Positions 36,840 through 49,091 of a stretch of 64,000 bases of DNA are shown piece after piece; within the stretch, counting starts at the first letter, position 1; the number at the start of each line of letters is the position of its first letter. The stretch is taken from NCBI GenBank assembly GCA_964187785.1, contig OZ076409.1, positions 67,270,001 through 67,334,000 on the forward strand, given 5' to 3'. The position numbers were made by a program, and so were the translations under genes. The notes below the pieces were generated by a model. It saw only the letters and a list, made by a program, of their open reading frames with translations, ran no database searches and had not been told where the DNA came from. The stretch comes from Amphiscolops sp. MND2022 (taxonomy: Eukaryota).

Positions 36840-38640
36840 TAATTGACCCCAAGGACCTCAGAATGACCCAAAAGTGACCCCAAAAATACTAAAAACTGCA
36901 AAAGATTCCGATTTTTGACGTTTTTGTGCAATTTTCGTCAAATTTTCGATAGATTTCGTGGCTTAGAATGTTGAAAAGATTCAACAAGACAAGAATTTGT
37001 TGTCCAGCAGTTGTTTATGAAGAGAAAAATGTTTTTTTTTGGAAAGAAAAATACCCAAAAATGACAAAAAAAATTCCGATTTTTAACGTTTTTATGCAGT
37101 TTTCATCAAATTTTCGATAGTCTTCGTGGATTAAAATGTTGGAAACGCTGAATATGGCACTAATTCGTTGTCCCGGGGCTTTTCCGAAGAGATAATTGCT
37201 GTTTTCTACATGGAAAAAATCACAAATTGACACCGAAAATGACAAAAATCCCAAAATTTTCAATTTTTCAAAATGTTTACGAATTTTTCGTCAAATTTTC
37301 AACAGACGTCGTGGATTGGAATGTTTTAAAGGGTAATCAAGGGAAACGTTGGTTGTCCGATAGTCTTTTCCGAAGAGTTTATTGCTTTTTTCTAAATCAA
37401 AATATCTCAAATTGACACCGAACGTGACAAAAAACTCTAAATTTTCCAATTGTCAAAAAGTTTATGCACTTTTTTCCAAATTTCCGACAATTTTTGTGGG
37501 TTGCAACGTTAAAAAAGGTCAACAAGTAAAGAATGTGTTGTCCACTAGGATTGTCTGAAGAGTTTATTGCAGTTTTCTAAATGAAAATGTCTCAAATTGA
37601 CACCGAAAATGACAAAAAACCCAAAACTTTCTATTTTTCAAAGATTTTATGCATTTTTTGTTAAAATTTCGAGAAACTTCATGGAATGAAATGTTTTAAG
37701 GGGTCAACAAGAAAAAATTGGTTGTCCAGTAGTCTTTTATGAACAGATATTTGAGATGTTTTGAATGAAAATGTGTCAAATTGACACCGAAAATGACAAA
37801 ATTGTCAAAATTTTCCAATTTTCAAAGACCTAATGCATTTTTTTCCAAATTGACGACGAACTTTGTAGAATGGAACGTTGAAAAAGGACAACAAGGAAAA
37901 AATGTGTAGTCCAGTAAGTTTTTCCGAAGGGTTTATTGCAGTTTTCTAAGTGAAAATGTCTCAATTTGACACCGAAATTGACAAAAAACCCAAAATTTTC
38001 TCTAATATTTTAAAGCAATTTCTATTACATTTTTGGCAGCCTTCGTGGATTGGAATGTTTTAAAGAGTCAATAAGGAAAAAGTTGGTTGTCCAGTAGTCT
38101 TTTCCGAGAGTTTATTGCATTTTTCTAAATGAGAATGTCTCAAATTGACACCAAAAATGTTTAAAAAACCCAAAATTTTCCAGTTCATCAAGATTTCATG
38201 CATTTTTTTCCAAATTTACAACTGACTTTGTCGGTTGGAACGTTGAAAATGGTAAATAAGGAAAACATTTATTGACCAGTAGGCCTTTCCGAAGAGTTTA
38301 TTGCAGTTTTCTGAGTTGAAATGTCTCATCGAAAACGAAAATGACAAAAAACACAACTTTTTCCATTTTTCAAAGTTTTTAAAGCATTTTTTGTTAAAGT
38401 TTCGACAGCCTTGGAATGTTTTAAAAAATCATCAAGCAAAGAGTTTGATGTCCAGTAGTCTTTTATGAAGAGATAATTACAATGTTCTGAATGGAAGTTT
38501 GAGCTTCGCCGTGGGCTAGAATGGCGTGAACATTCAACAACAACTAAACTCGGTGTCCAGTAGGCTAATTTTTGAGGAGACATATGTAGAATCTGTAGAT
38601 TCTTGTTAGAAAAGTTCCTCAAATTGACCCCAAAGTCGTC
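36840..38640. repeat. Degenerate tandem satellite, ~185-bp unit, about 9-10 copies
   Basis: Anchor TTGACACC at 37227, 37412, 37597, 37781, 37966 and 38145 (spacings 185, 185, 184, 185, 179), with weaker units on both sides. Confidence 0.92.
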
Positions 38641-38829
38641 AAAACTTTTTCCAATTTATGACATTTCTGGTGAAACTATATTCAAAAATATAACCGGGGT
38701 CGCTCAACTTTCCTAAATTTGCAATGGACCAAGATTCAAGCTTTTACCATTTTATCAGTGCCATAACTTACCCCAAGAAATACGCCTGAGACTCGGAAAC
38801 TACTTTATCTCCAACAGGGATCACAAAAA

Positions 38830-39145
38830 GTTAGTTTTTGAAATGTTTTCTGTAAAGTACTATTATGGCGAAACGAGTTTCAGCTCGCAAAACTATTTTT
38901 CTCAAGCCGAAATCATCTATGAAAGCAACTGGGCACTCTTTGACCAAATGAAAGTTTCGGAGAGACACATAGAGCCGAAAAAGGGAAATAATGTATTTTC
39001 CACAATCAAAAAGAAACCTGGTCAGTTCAATATGATCAAAAGTAACAAAGAAGTCTTCGAAAATTTTCAAAAAATGTAATAAAACTTTCTTTTTTATCGG
39101 TAAGTCGCATAGTGCCGAAAAAAAAACGAAATAACTCAAAACCTG
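38830..39145 (-). repeat. Fragment of the HINE-like family, minus orientation
   Basis: The reverse complement contains TTTTCGGCACTATGCGACT, as found in the plus-strand copies at 49.7 and 45.6 kb. Confidence 0.45.
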
Positions 39146-42100
39146 ATCTAAAAGTAGTCAATTATAGAAATTATTGCACAATCAACGGTAAATATTAAGA
39201 TCAGTTGATTCAAGAATGAGACGATTCCTAATAGATCAGATAAAGTGTGACGTTTCATAGAACGTAGTCACCGACGACAAGATGTCTGACGACGAAATTT
39301 GCGACGACGAACTTTCTGGTAATCTACCGAGGATCGCCTTTTTACTGCTCCACTGTCTGTTTTGGAGATGAGTTAGTTTTGACCATACGTCGTTTTGATC
39401 AGGTCTATCGTAGCAACATCGCGTAGCAAGATCATAGCAAGATCGTATCTTTCGTGCACCTCGTTCTACTGTTCGTACTACGTATCGTTTCACGAAACGA
39501 TAGTCTTTTAATATTTTTCTTAAAGTGTATAAAATTGCATGGGGTTTATGTAGCATAATTTATTCATTTCACTGAATTTGCACATGCGCAATCTATTTTT
39601 GCATAACTTCGGACTAACTTAATTGTTCATAAATCGAAGTTTGTTTATCGGAACTGCCGTGAAAAGGTTAAATCTTCAAAAATGTCTATTCAAAATTTAT
39701 TACTTGAGAGTACGTCACTGTCATTTGCATAGTAGACAAGCTCTTCGTGGTTCGACTTGTGGGTTTGCCTTTTTTGTGAGAAAACCATTTTTAGAACTGA
39801 ATTGTTCACAAATCATTTTGCTACTTTACAAAGTAGTTGTCTAAATAAGACTCGAAATCACAGAGATTCTTTTATGGAGCTACTGTTGTGTGCTGCGGAC
39901 ACTCCATGCGAACTCTATCATGCGTTTCGTAGTACGTTGTGTCATGCCAACGCTACGTTTGTAGGTCCTCGAGGGTTACGGAGGGTAACCATTAAAATCA
40001 AAGTTGAAACTTCGGTGTTTGAATAAATTGGGAAAAAGTGTTAATTCTCCAGTTAGAACCGGGAGAAATAGTGACTGACAACCAAGTTTTTCTCCACCGG
40101 CAGTCTCAATTTGGCCTACAGTGAAGTGGCAACCGGGTGTACTAGAGCATTCAGTATTAAAAACGTCTAACTTTGATATTCCTTTTCCGTTTGGTAAATC
40201 GATTCTGAAATTAAACGTTTTCCCATTATTCAAGTCTGAGCATTTTAAACCAACATAAACCCTTTACATTCTCTGTTTTGATTTTTTGTTCGAATGCAAG
40301 CATTTTTTGTAACATCTGTTTGCAAATTTCGCCTGAAAACTTTGTGTCTCTTCTGCAAACAAGACGCGACAGAGATAGGGAGCAAATATTCATGGCATCA
40401 AATTGCGCGAGAATCAAATTGAAACTGTTGCATTTGCATATGAATAAACATTGTTTTCAGACATTACAATTTGTTTGCGTCGTCAAATCCCTCCCACAGT
40501 AATTTATCAAAGTAGGATAATGGAAAACAGCAACAGATGCGAGGAATCAAAAGCAGTCTCTTTGCTGCTTGTCGCTCAAGTTTGCCTACACGGCACAAAC
40601 ATACCCTCAGAGGATACCTCGCACACCTTTACAACTGCGTCCCGCTATGTCCAAGCAGCCTCTTCCCTCCCTTTAGCACGTTTTTAGACGAAATTACTCC
40701 AATATAACCAAGTCTTTGAGGAGCCGATATTGCCAGAAAACAGCTCTCTCTATTCCATTTTGCCTCCTTTCTTTTTCACTTCATTTTCATCTTTTTTTCC
40801 TCTCATTTTCTCTCTTTTGCACCTCACCATTTCTTTTCCCGCCATCCTTGCCTACCTAACGTCACCTAACCATTGGTGCTACCACCCAATACCCCAAAAC
40901 AGCCTTCAACTTGGTTGGATGAATGAATTGACTTTTGTTGCTGCTGTTTCTGAACAACAGCTTCCAGAAAAAGCCTTTCGGATCAGCAGTAGTCCTTCCC
41001 AACACCAGTAATTGCAGCACTAGTAAAGTGCACTAGTAGTTGTAATAGATAGGGGGGTTAGACCACCTAGTAGATATATAACTATGGTATTTTGTGAGGG
41101 GTAAAATGGTAAGCGTACCTACCTACCCTCGCTGATAGTCGTCTGGATTTGTTGCTGGTTCTTTTCCCGGCTGTCCAGGTTTAATGTACGATGTAGTTGT
41201 GGTGTTGTATGTTTACGTATTTAGGTTGTGTTGTGTTGTTTTGCTGTATTGCTACTAATGTTCGTTCTGGTTGTGAATTTATTTCTTTTTAGTTCTACTT
41301 CTTTTTTGGATGCTGCTGCTGCTGTAGTTGGTCTCTATCCATTAATCCTTGTACTTCTTCTAGTCTTGTTTATTTGCTCTAGTCTTCTTTCTCTCTTTCT
41401 CTCCTTGTCTTACCATCTTCCCATTCGTGTCTTACCATCTGCACGCACGGTAGCAAATAACCACATTAAATCTTGAGTTGTCTTGGCGTTCCAATGATTA
41501 GCAAAGTGTTGCAGTGTTGTTGATATTTCATCTTGCTTTTCAATACCCAATTTCCTTTTCCCAATTTCCTCCCCGCCGCTGATGCCGCGTTCTATCCATC
41601 CCTCACTAGCTCAGCGTCGCCACCGTTGAAGTCTTCGCATCAATTTGGGCGAGAGGTATCCAATCTAATTGACTAAAAATTATTTCTTTCTAATCGTCGC
41701 CTCTATAGGTAATATAAATTTACAAATTTCTTATCCTCCTTCGCGCTATGTCAACATTATTGCATTCCTTCACACAATCCCACATATTCAAAGATTACAA
41801 ATTTTGACAAGTTTCAAAAATCGCCAAAGGACACTTCATTCATCAATTTTTCTTTTCAGTTGATTTTTTATCAGCTTTTTCATTAAACTAAACCATTCCA
41901 ATTACTGTAGCAAAAATTAGGAAATGAGGTGAAATTTCATCAGTAAGTGTAATTATTTACTGCTTTGTAAGATGCCCATGGGAGAAAACAGTGCTTGAAA
42001 AACGTAGGAGTAAATCGCTGGGAAAATGAAATAGCTAAAAATAACTATGATACTTCGAAAATAGCACTCGATTTTTTTTGTTTAGAGGTTTTTCGACTGA

Positions 42101-43035
42101 TCATCAGACATTTACCTAAAACTTTTTGTGTCATTTTACTCTCGTTTATTTAGCTCAAATTGGTCTCAAAGCGTGTAATTATGAATTGTCATTGATTGTT
42201 ATTACTTAAATGGAGCTTTTTGCTTTCCACCTCACTCGCAAAAAGTTATCTCTTAGTACAACTTGGTAACTGATTAAATGCATTTATGTGATATCATCAA
42301 AATAGAAGGAAAGTAAAATAGAAAATAAAGTCCTAAAGTGAAAAATTAGTTTTTTAAACGTGTGTGTGTGTGTGGGGAAGTGGGGAGGAAAAAGAACCAT
42401 TCAAACTTCTTACAGGCTAGTTGTTTTCTTAAATTGATACATAAAATTATCATAAAGTTATCATAAAATTGATACTATAAAATACTAAAAAGAAAACTAG
42501 TTTTTGTTATATAGCAATATTGTCTGCATTATACCAGTCATTTCAAAAACTGCCTACAAAGGAAAAATAGTCAAGCTCAATTTTTGTCAACTCTAGTCAG
42601 GGTTGCTGGAACTTTTACATGCCGCATGCTTGTAGGGTAATTTATTATAAAGCCTAGAAAATTCAGTAGGCTGCCGGTGGTAAACCTTGTAGGATTACAT
42701 TGCAATTTGCACCATTGACTTTTAAATCGGAAATATTTCCAACTTCGTTGCCGAAACGATAACGATCTATTCATACTTTGATTTCTCAGCTACCCATTTT
42801 ATTTAATCACCGTTTCTCACATCTGAAGATGACGCTAGTTTGCAGTTTATAAAGTGACTGAAGTTCTTTTGCATTAAAATGTCGGTAAAATTGATATGAT
42901 AACATCTTAGTTGCATTTGGAAATAGAATTGTTTCATAAGGAAACCTGCAAAAGTTTCAATCAGCTTGCTAAAAGTGGAATACTTCAGGGAACTTTTTCG
43001 CATGGATCATAATAAAAGTTTGGGCAACATCAGAG

Positions 43036-43167
43036 AACATTCAAAAAGTTAGTACAATTTTAACAAAGGGACGAAGAAGACAATTTTCAAATTTGACTTT
43101 CCTGGAAAGTCAATTTTGAAAATTGTCTTCCATCTCTTTGTTAAATTGTACTAACTTTTTGAATGTT
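43036..43167. repeat. Near-perfect ~132-bp palindrome with a 1-nt spacer
   Basis: AACATTCAAAAAGTTAGTACAATT...TTGACTTTCC|T|GGAAAGTCAA...AATTGTACTAACTTTTTGAATGTT, centred on 43103. Confidence 0.95.
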
Positions 43168-43756
43168 TATAGTTCAGCTGAACGGAACGTTTTTAGTCAA
43201 TTCAAGCAATAGATAGTCCTAAAAGAGTCGGTTTCAGCACTTGACTGAAGTCAACGTTTCCGATACTCGGATTGGATTGCCTTCCCAAAAATCCTTGTAA
43301 GATTATGTTACAATCGTACCGTGAAAACCGCAGAATTGTTGCCACGAGCATGTCAGCATTCCTTGGCGTGATGTTGCAATACGATCATGACAACTTACTA
43401 CAAAGAACAAGACACAATGGAACAATTTCAAAAAATTAGTTTTAGACTCGATCAATTGTATGGCACCTACAATGAAAACAAGATTTTATAATGAAAAAAC
43501 GATAAAATTTCAAAATACGATGAGCTTTCATGGCTTTTAAAATCATTATCTGGGCCTCGGTAACACCATTTTTTATTTGGATGGCTTGTCAAATGGAAGA
43601 CAACCTACAATTGGTAGAACTACAAGCCGAGCAGGTATATGAAAAAGTTCCATATACTATGAAATAAAATACATTTATACAAAAATTAACTTAAGAATTC
43701 TCAAGTTAATTTTTGTATAAATGAATTTTGTTTCATAGTATTAGAAAATTTTTCAT

Positions 43757-43880
43757 CTTCGCAAACGCCGACTAAAACTTTGTTTTTGAGCAGAAGAAAC
43801 TATTGTTTTTGAATACTTCTGAAATCCTTTGAGCCCCAATCAGATGCTCAAAAACAAAGTTTTAGTCGGCGTTTGCGAAG
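43757..43880. mobile_element. 124-bp miniature element with perfect 36-bp inverted repeats
   Basis: CTTCGCAAACGCCGACTAAAACTTTGTTTTTGAGCA (43757-43792) has its exact reverse complement at 43845-43880. No TSD identified. Confidence 0.75.
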
Positions 43881-44049
43881 AAAATGCACGACTCGTACTG
43901 TGGCTAGTTGTTTTCCGTCAGTTTAACGCGATCGGTCTAGTTTTTGTGCACTGTTCATTCTTACCATAAGAACTTAGTACTTCATTTCGAACGCATCCAA
44001 AGCCTCTAACATGAATACAAAACCATTCCAAAGCAGAAGAGTAACCCGT

Positions 44050-44600
44050 TCCACTTTTTTCGTAACTATGAGACTTTTCGATTTTTTCGGCTTTGTGAGA
44101 CTTTTTTTTCGAAATTTTTTTCAATGTTTCCGAAAGTTCCTCCTTCCATTTTTTTTGATATTTTGGAACAGAATGGATGTTAAAAATTCCAAAAGGTCCC
44201 TTCCTTCAGATTTTTCTGCACTATGAGACTGTTCAAAATTCTCGTTTTTCGTTTGATGTCAGGTTTCTTCAATACAAAACCACCAGAAAACTTTTTTAAT
44301 ACCATCCGAATTCTTTAAAGACCTACGTGTTTTCACTACCTTGCGACTTTTTTATACTTTGTTTTAATTGAAGCTCTTCCCCCTTAATTTTTACTAGAAA
44401 CCAAAGGTTTTGCGAGCATAAAGGACTCCTTAAGGGTTTTCGGCATTGATTACCGGAGACATTTTGTGAAAAAATTTCGAATTTGTTTCCTAATCTTTCG
44501 TTTTTTGAGAGGTTTTCAGTTGACCAAGATGGGATTTTGCTGTTTCCAGTTGAGGAAAACGTCGTTTTCGAGGATTATGCGTATAGTTAACGGAGGGATT
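44050..44600 (+). repeat. HINE-like family copy lacking the canonical 3' end
   Basis: CTATGAGACT, GATATTTTGGAACAGAATGGATGTTAAAAA and AAAAGGTCCC subunits. The TTTCCAGTTGAGGAAAA..TTATGCGTAT block is shared with 49780-49817. Confidence 0.5.
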
Positions 44601-45352
44601 TGTATTGAATAATGTTTTTTCTTAAAGACAACAAGTTCTTGCGTGATGAAGAAGTGTATTGGTGACTTATTAGGAAAATGCTTTATTTTTGAAAATTTTG
44701 CAAACTAGTAGGATGTCTTATGATCTAAAACTAAGGTTTACAATTTTTATTTTGAAGGGAGCCTTCCTGGTTGAAGCTGCTTGAACGTTTTCCTGGGAAA
44801 TTTGTTATGATATTATAGAATTCTCACGGAAACGTTAATGCAAAAAAATTTCACTGTTTCTATTGATTATTATCAAGCAGCCTAAAAGACGCATCCTAGA
44901 ATTAACGGCACTCGGAGCCTCAAAGTATTGCAAGTTCTCATAAAATTAGCTGTATTTTCTGCAACTGAGACCCCATAAAAAATTTACCTCCATCTTAATT
45001 CAGATACGTTGTGATAACTTTCTAGACTTCAAAGTGTCATCATATTCAACGTTCAGTTTCACAAACGGTGGCTACGCAAGTTGGAAACTTGAGACACTAA
45101 AGTGTGAAAACAAAGTTATCGGGACGGTAAAAAAGTGCAAGTCTTTTCAGTTTTGAAACAGTGGAAGCTGTATAGTAATCCAACAAAACTTTTCCCAACA
45201 GGCTCCCGGAACTTTCCATTTTTCTATTTTAAAAAATAGCCTTGCATACATTGAAGCAGTATAGAAAACATCACGACAGATTCAACCAGAATAAAAAACA
45301 GATGTTTTGGTGTTCCAATAGACTTTGTACATTTGATCTTCTTTCCCCCCAA

Positions 45353-45982
45353 TTTTAGTAGGCGCATTTTTCTTTATGTTTGTTCTCCCACAAGAAATGC
45401 CCGACTCTTGCACTGACTACTACTCTTTACAGAAACTACTAAAACTACTTGGGCCAAGTCCGGGCAGCGGAAACTTAGTGCAAAGGGCACCCTTTTCATT
45501 TTTTAACGTTTTTAACGTTACCTAAAAAACCGGACGAGACTAAAGGGCCCCCTTTTCGATTTTTTTCGGCACTGTGCGACTTTTTCTCAAAAAATTTTAA
45601 TGTCACAAAAGAGTCCCCCCTTCGAGTTTTTTTGATATTTTGCAACAGAATGTATGTAAAAATACATCCCAAATGGTCCCCCTTTCAGATTTTTTGGCAC
45701 TATGAGACTGTTTCAAAATTCTCTTTTTGTCTGATATAGGTTTAGTCAGATAGTCAGAATATATCCAATATTTTTTTCAACAACATCCGATTTTGTGACT
45801 TGAAATCCGAAGTTAAGTGCATATCCGAACTTTTGACATTATATTCTAACTATTGCCCTTCTTTAAGGAGGAGGTGGAGGTTCAAAAACAGGAATTTTTC
45901 ATGAAAACCTCCTACGCATGTTTTAAAAACTCCGCTTTTTGAGCCTTAGATTAGCGCCGCCATTAGACGTTCCCGTTTTGTT
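45353..45982 (+). mobile_element. HINE/DINE-1-like repeat copy
   Basis: 5' TTTTAGTAGGCGCATTTT, AAAGGGCCCCC/AAAGAGTCCCCCC subunits, 3' GCGCCGCCATTAGACGTTCCCGTTTTGTT. Confidence 0.55.
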
Positions 45983-46148
45983 AGTCGTAGTAGTTTGTGA
46001 GAAATGTGCCCGACTATTCGTTTTGAATAAACTTGGTTCACGCCGCTTGCAGGATCCGCAACTTGGGTTGTCGTTTAGCGTGCGTGGCGGGGAAGAAAGC
46101 GTTCATGGATTCAAGCCCCTCGCTGACTACGATTACAAGGACAGAGGC

Positions 46149-46361
46149 TGTTGAATTCGTTATCTCAGGATAGGAAGAATAAGTTTCGTAAAAATCAACT
46201 GTTTGTTATCACGATTTTTTGTACTACTAAAGTGTAGTTTCATCTGCGCTTAAGTGGCAGGTACAAGTAGTATACAAACAATTAATATAAAGTATAAATA
46301 TGATGAAGGCTAGACTAATTTATATCTACAGTCTGAAGGTTTCTGTCTAGCATACTCCACA
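46149..46361 (-). repeat. 3' LTR of the Gypsy element
   Basis: Direct repeat of 48879-49091 with TG..CA ends. The PPT AAGGGGGAA (minus strand, 46370-46362) abuts it. Confidence 0.95.
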
Positions 46362-46555
46362 TTCCCCCTTCTACTATTGGCTGTTGTTGGGCCAATGGGA
46401 AGTTGTTTGTAGTGCGATTGGTAAATATTGTTTGTATGGCGGTTGTTCCTCCATTGGTCTGTTTGCTTGTGGACGGTCATCCGTTCCATGCTTCAGATGT
46501 TGTCACGGTTGATATGTGACCGTATCGTCTGGATTTTGTCGGGCCGTTGTTCGTT

Positions 46556-48000
46556 CTATGCCTGCCTGTTGTTTCCTTGTTTTGCCTTTGTGTCCGATTG
46601 ACTCGGTGTGTTGTCCCAGTTCAGCTTTTTTACGGTGTTTCCTGTGATCATGACCAATGGGGTTATTATATCTAACATTAGGATTATTTTTGTCAATCTC
46701 TTTGATCTATGGATATATTTCTCTTCTTCAGCTATTATGTCTGTTTCGATTTCAGTACTCGAATATAAATTGCTGGCTAATTCTAATTCGGTTGTTTCTA
46801 GATTATCTTCCAGGTTTGTATTAGAGTTAGCGGGTACCTTACCGTTTTCATCTCTAATCAAAAGTTCCTGGTCGGTATTTTTAGTATCTTGAATGGCTCG
46901 GCGAAGTTCTGTGTCCGTCATTCGGTCAGTGCTTATGGTGAGTGGGCCCAAGTTGCCGTCTGGTGCCTTTCCCGGAGTATCTAGGGGAGAGCCTGGATTG
47001 AAGTGGTCTTCTCTGATGATCTTCGGTCTGCCTCGGCCGGAAGAACCCTTTCTGAGCGCTACACTGTACGAGTTCTGGGACTTTTCGTCTCCATTGGTGG
47101 TGCTTCTGCTTCCGGTTCGCTCTCTGATTCGATGATTGCCGCTCATCTCTGTTTCGATGGTGATTTTGTTAATCGGCCATCAGGTCCTCTCTGGCCGTTA
47201 CCTCTGTTGTTGTACTCCTGGTTAACATCAGCAATGGGTTTACTAATGTTTTCCTATGTACTCTTTTCCCACTCGGCGTTGTTACCGTATGTTTAGTGCC
47301 CGATATTGCTAATTGTGGTTTATCGGATCAACCACTTTCGAATTTGGACCGTTGTTGTTTTTTTTTAAAAAATAAGAAAGGATAGCTACTAACTCCTGTA
47401 GCGTTTTCTTTGGCTTCATTGGTAGCTGGTTGGACACACCGCCGGCTCCATTGAAAGAATATACCTGCAAGGTATCTGGTTTGGCTAAAACGGAATCTTT
47501 CTTCAGTATTTCTACCATATCTAATTTTAGTAGGTTACTAATTTCCGTGTTCAGTTTTCTTCCGTAATGTAGTTCAAAGGCGGATTTTTTCAGTCTTGTG
47601 TGGGGAGTTTTTCTCATTACGTCCAAGGACATATCTAAGACTTTTCCGAATCATTTGGAAAGGTTCCCTAAGGAAGGAAGGAAGAAATCGTCCTAAGGCA
47701 CCCGCTTCGATATTGGTTAAAAGAGTTTTCTTTAATGTTCTTACTCCCCGTTCTACTAGGCTGGGCGGGGTATGTATATACAGTGTTCCGTATATTAGCT
47801 TAATGTAATGTCTTCTGCAGTATTCTCTAAAGAGTCGTCCCGTGAATGCCGAGGCCTTATCCGTTCTGATCGTTTTCGGTACACCGTTCAGGTTTCTGTA
47901 CTGTTCTAAAAAATTTTACCGCTGTTTCTCCGTCCGTTGACGTACAAAAGCAGGCCGCCGGCCATTTACTGAACCGGTCCATCGACAATAATATATAAAA
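46556..48000 (-). pseudogene. Gypsy integrase core plus long C-terminal tail (decayed)
   Basis: YILLSMDRFSKWP..GVPKTIRTDKASAF..LVERGVRTLK at ~47995-47720, and an open 196-aa low-complexity tail at 47146-46556. Confidence 0.85.
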
Positions 48001-48760
48001 GCTCCGCATCTGTTACAATCAGTTTTTTTTGGATTTTGCTGGTTTGTCTTCCGTTTCTTTAGCTGAGTGTGCTATTCTTTTATTCACTTATCGGATCTTC
48101 TTTTCTTCTTCCGTTTCTGGTGAGTCATTCAATTTCTCATACATGTATTCATGTAGTATATCGGTTATTGCTTCTACCGACATGTCACTTTTTCGTTTGT
48201 TTAATTCGTAGTCACCAGTGGATTTACCGTTTAGTGATAAAAATTTTGACGCAAGGAGTTCCGCGGCGATTATCGTCTCAAAATTGCAGTTTATTCTACT
48301 TCCAAAACTCGTTTCCATACGTCTGCCGCCGATTCTCCGGTTTCTGTTTTACGTCGAAGAAATCGGCTCTGCTGTGTTGTATATTCCTCACCGGTGTGAA
48401 ATGTAGGCGGAATAGTGTGTATAGTTTATGTAACGGTAGCGAACTTGGTTCCCTTTCTCTATCTGTTTTTGTGATTTCCGTGATAGCGGTTTGTCCGAGT
48501 GCCCAAAGGAATATGTCTTTTATTTCCGATCCCAATTGGTCACGGTATTGTGGCAGTATTTCTTTGCTGTTAGTCGTGGTCGATAGGTCGATGTCTTATG
48601 TCATTTCTATATATTGGACAAATTTCCGCCACCGCAAATTTGCATTGGTGTGGTCCTTTTTCTCCAATGTCGGAATGGTGAGTTTCTGTGTGCAGATCGG
48701 TTCCGCCGCCCTGTTCATTGTCTCATTGGTTAGTAGGTGTCCGCTTGCTTGCGATACCGC
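48001..48760 (-). pseudogene. Gypsy gag remnant
   Basis: WRKFVQYIEMT*DIDLS..EIKDIFLWALGQ..FRLHFTPVRN..RADFF, ending in KTDCNRCGA (start of the zinc knuckle), with stops and frameshifts. Confidence 0.7.
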
Positions 48761-48869
48761 CGACGTCGATGCATTTCCTCCGTTCCTTGGAGTGTTCTCT
48801 GGTTCCTCGTCCTATGATTTCTTCTGTTTTATCATTTGTGTTCTTGTGTAACTTTTAAGTTACTTGCTT

Positions 48870-48878
48870 ACTGCGCCA
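48870..48878 (-). promoter_or_regulatory. Primer-binding site, tRNA-Ser-like
   Basis: TGGCGCAGT directly after the 5' LTR, complementary to the ..ACUGCGCCA 3' end I recall for invertebrate tRNA-Ser. Confidence 0.65.
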
Positions 48879-49091
48879 TGTTGTATTCTTCATCTCAGGA
48901 TAGAAAGAATAAGTTTCAAAAAATTCAACTGTTTGTTATCACGACTTTTTGTACTACTAAAAAATAGTTTCATCTGTGCTTAAGTGGCAGGTACAGGTAG
49001 TATACAAACAACTAATATAAAGTATAAATATAATGAAGGCTAGACTGATTAATATCGACAGTCTGAAGGTTTCTGTCTAGCATACTCCACA
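48879..49091 (-). repeat. 5' LTR of the Gypsy element
   Basis: Direct repeat of 46149-46361, followed by the TSD GAGGC at 49092-49096. Confidence 0.95.

Larger units (their letters stand above)
46149..49091 (-). mobile_element. Internally deleted Ty3/Gypsy LTR retrotransposon (2943 bp)
   Basis: Two 213-bp TG..CA LTRs (46149-46361 and 48879-49091) differing at about 18 positions, 5-bp TSD GAGGC, PBS and PPT adjacent to the LTRs, gag and integrase remnants. Confidence 0.95.

Noticed and set aside
36840-38640. CRISPR-like array
   Set aside because: The whole ~185-bp unit is repeated and degenerate. There are no short identical repeats with unique spacers, no cas genes, and the context is eukaryotic.
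48069-48851. 260-aa plus-strand ORF as a real antisense gene
   Set aside because: It lies opposite the A-rich gag remnant. The T-rich strand is depleted of stop codons and the product has the typical Leu/Phe/Ser/Cys shadow composition.
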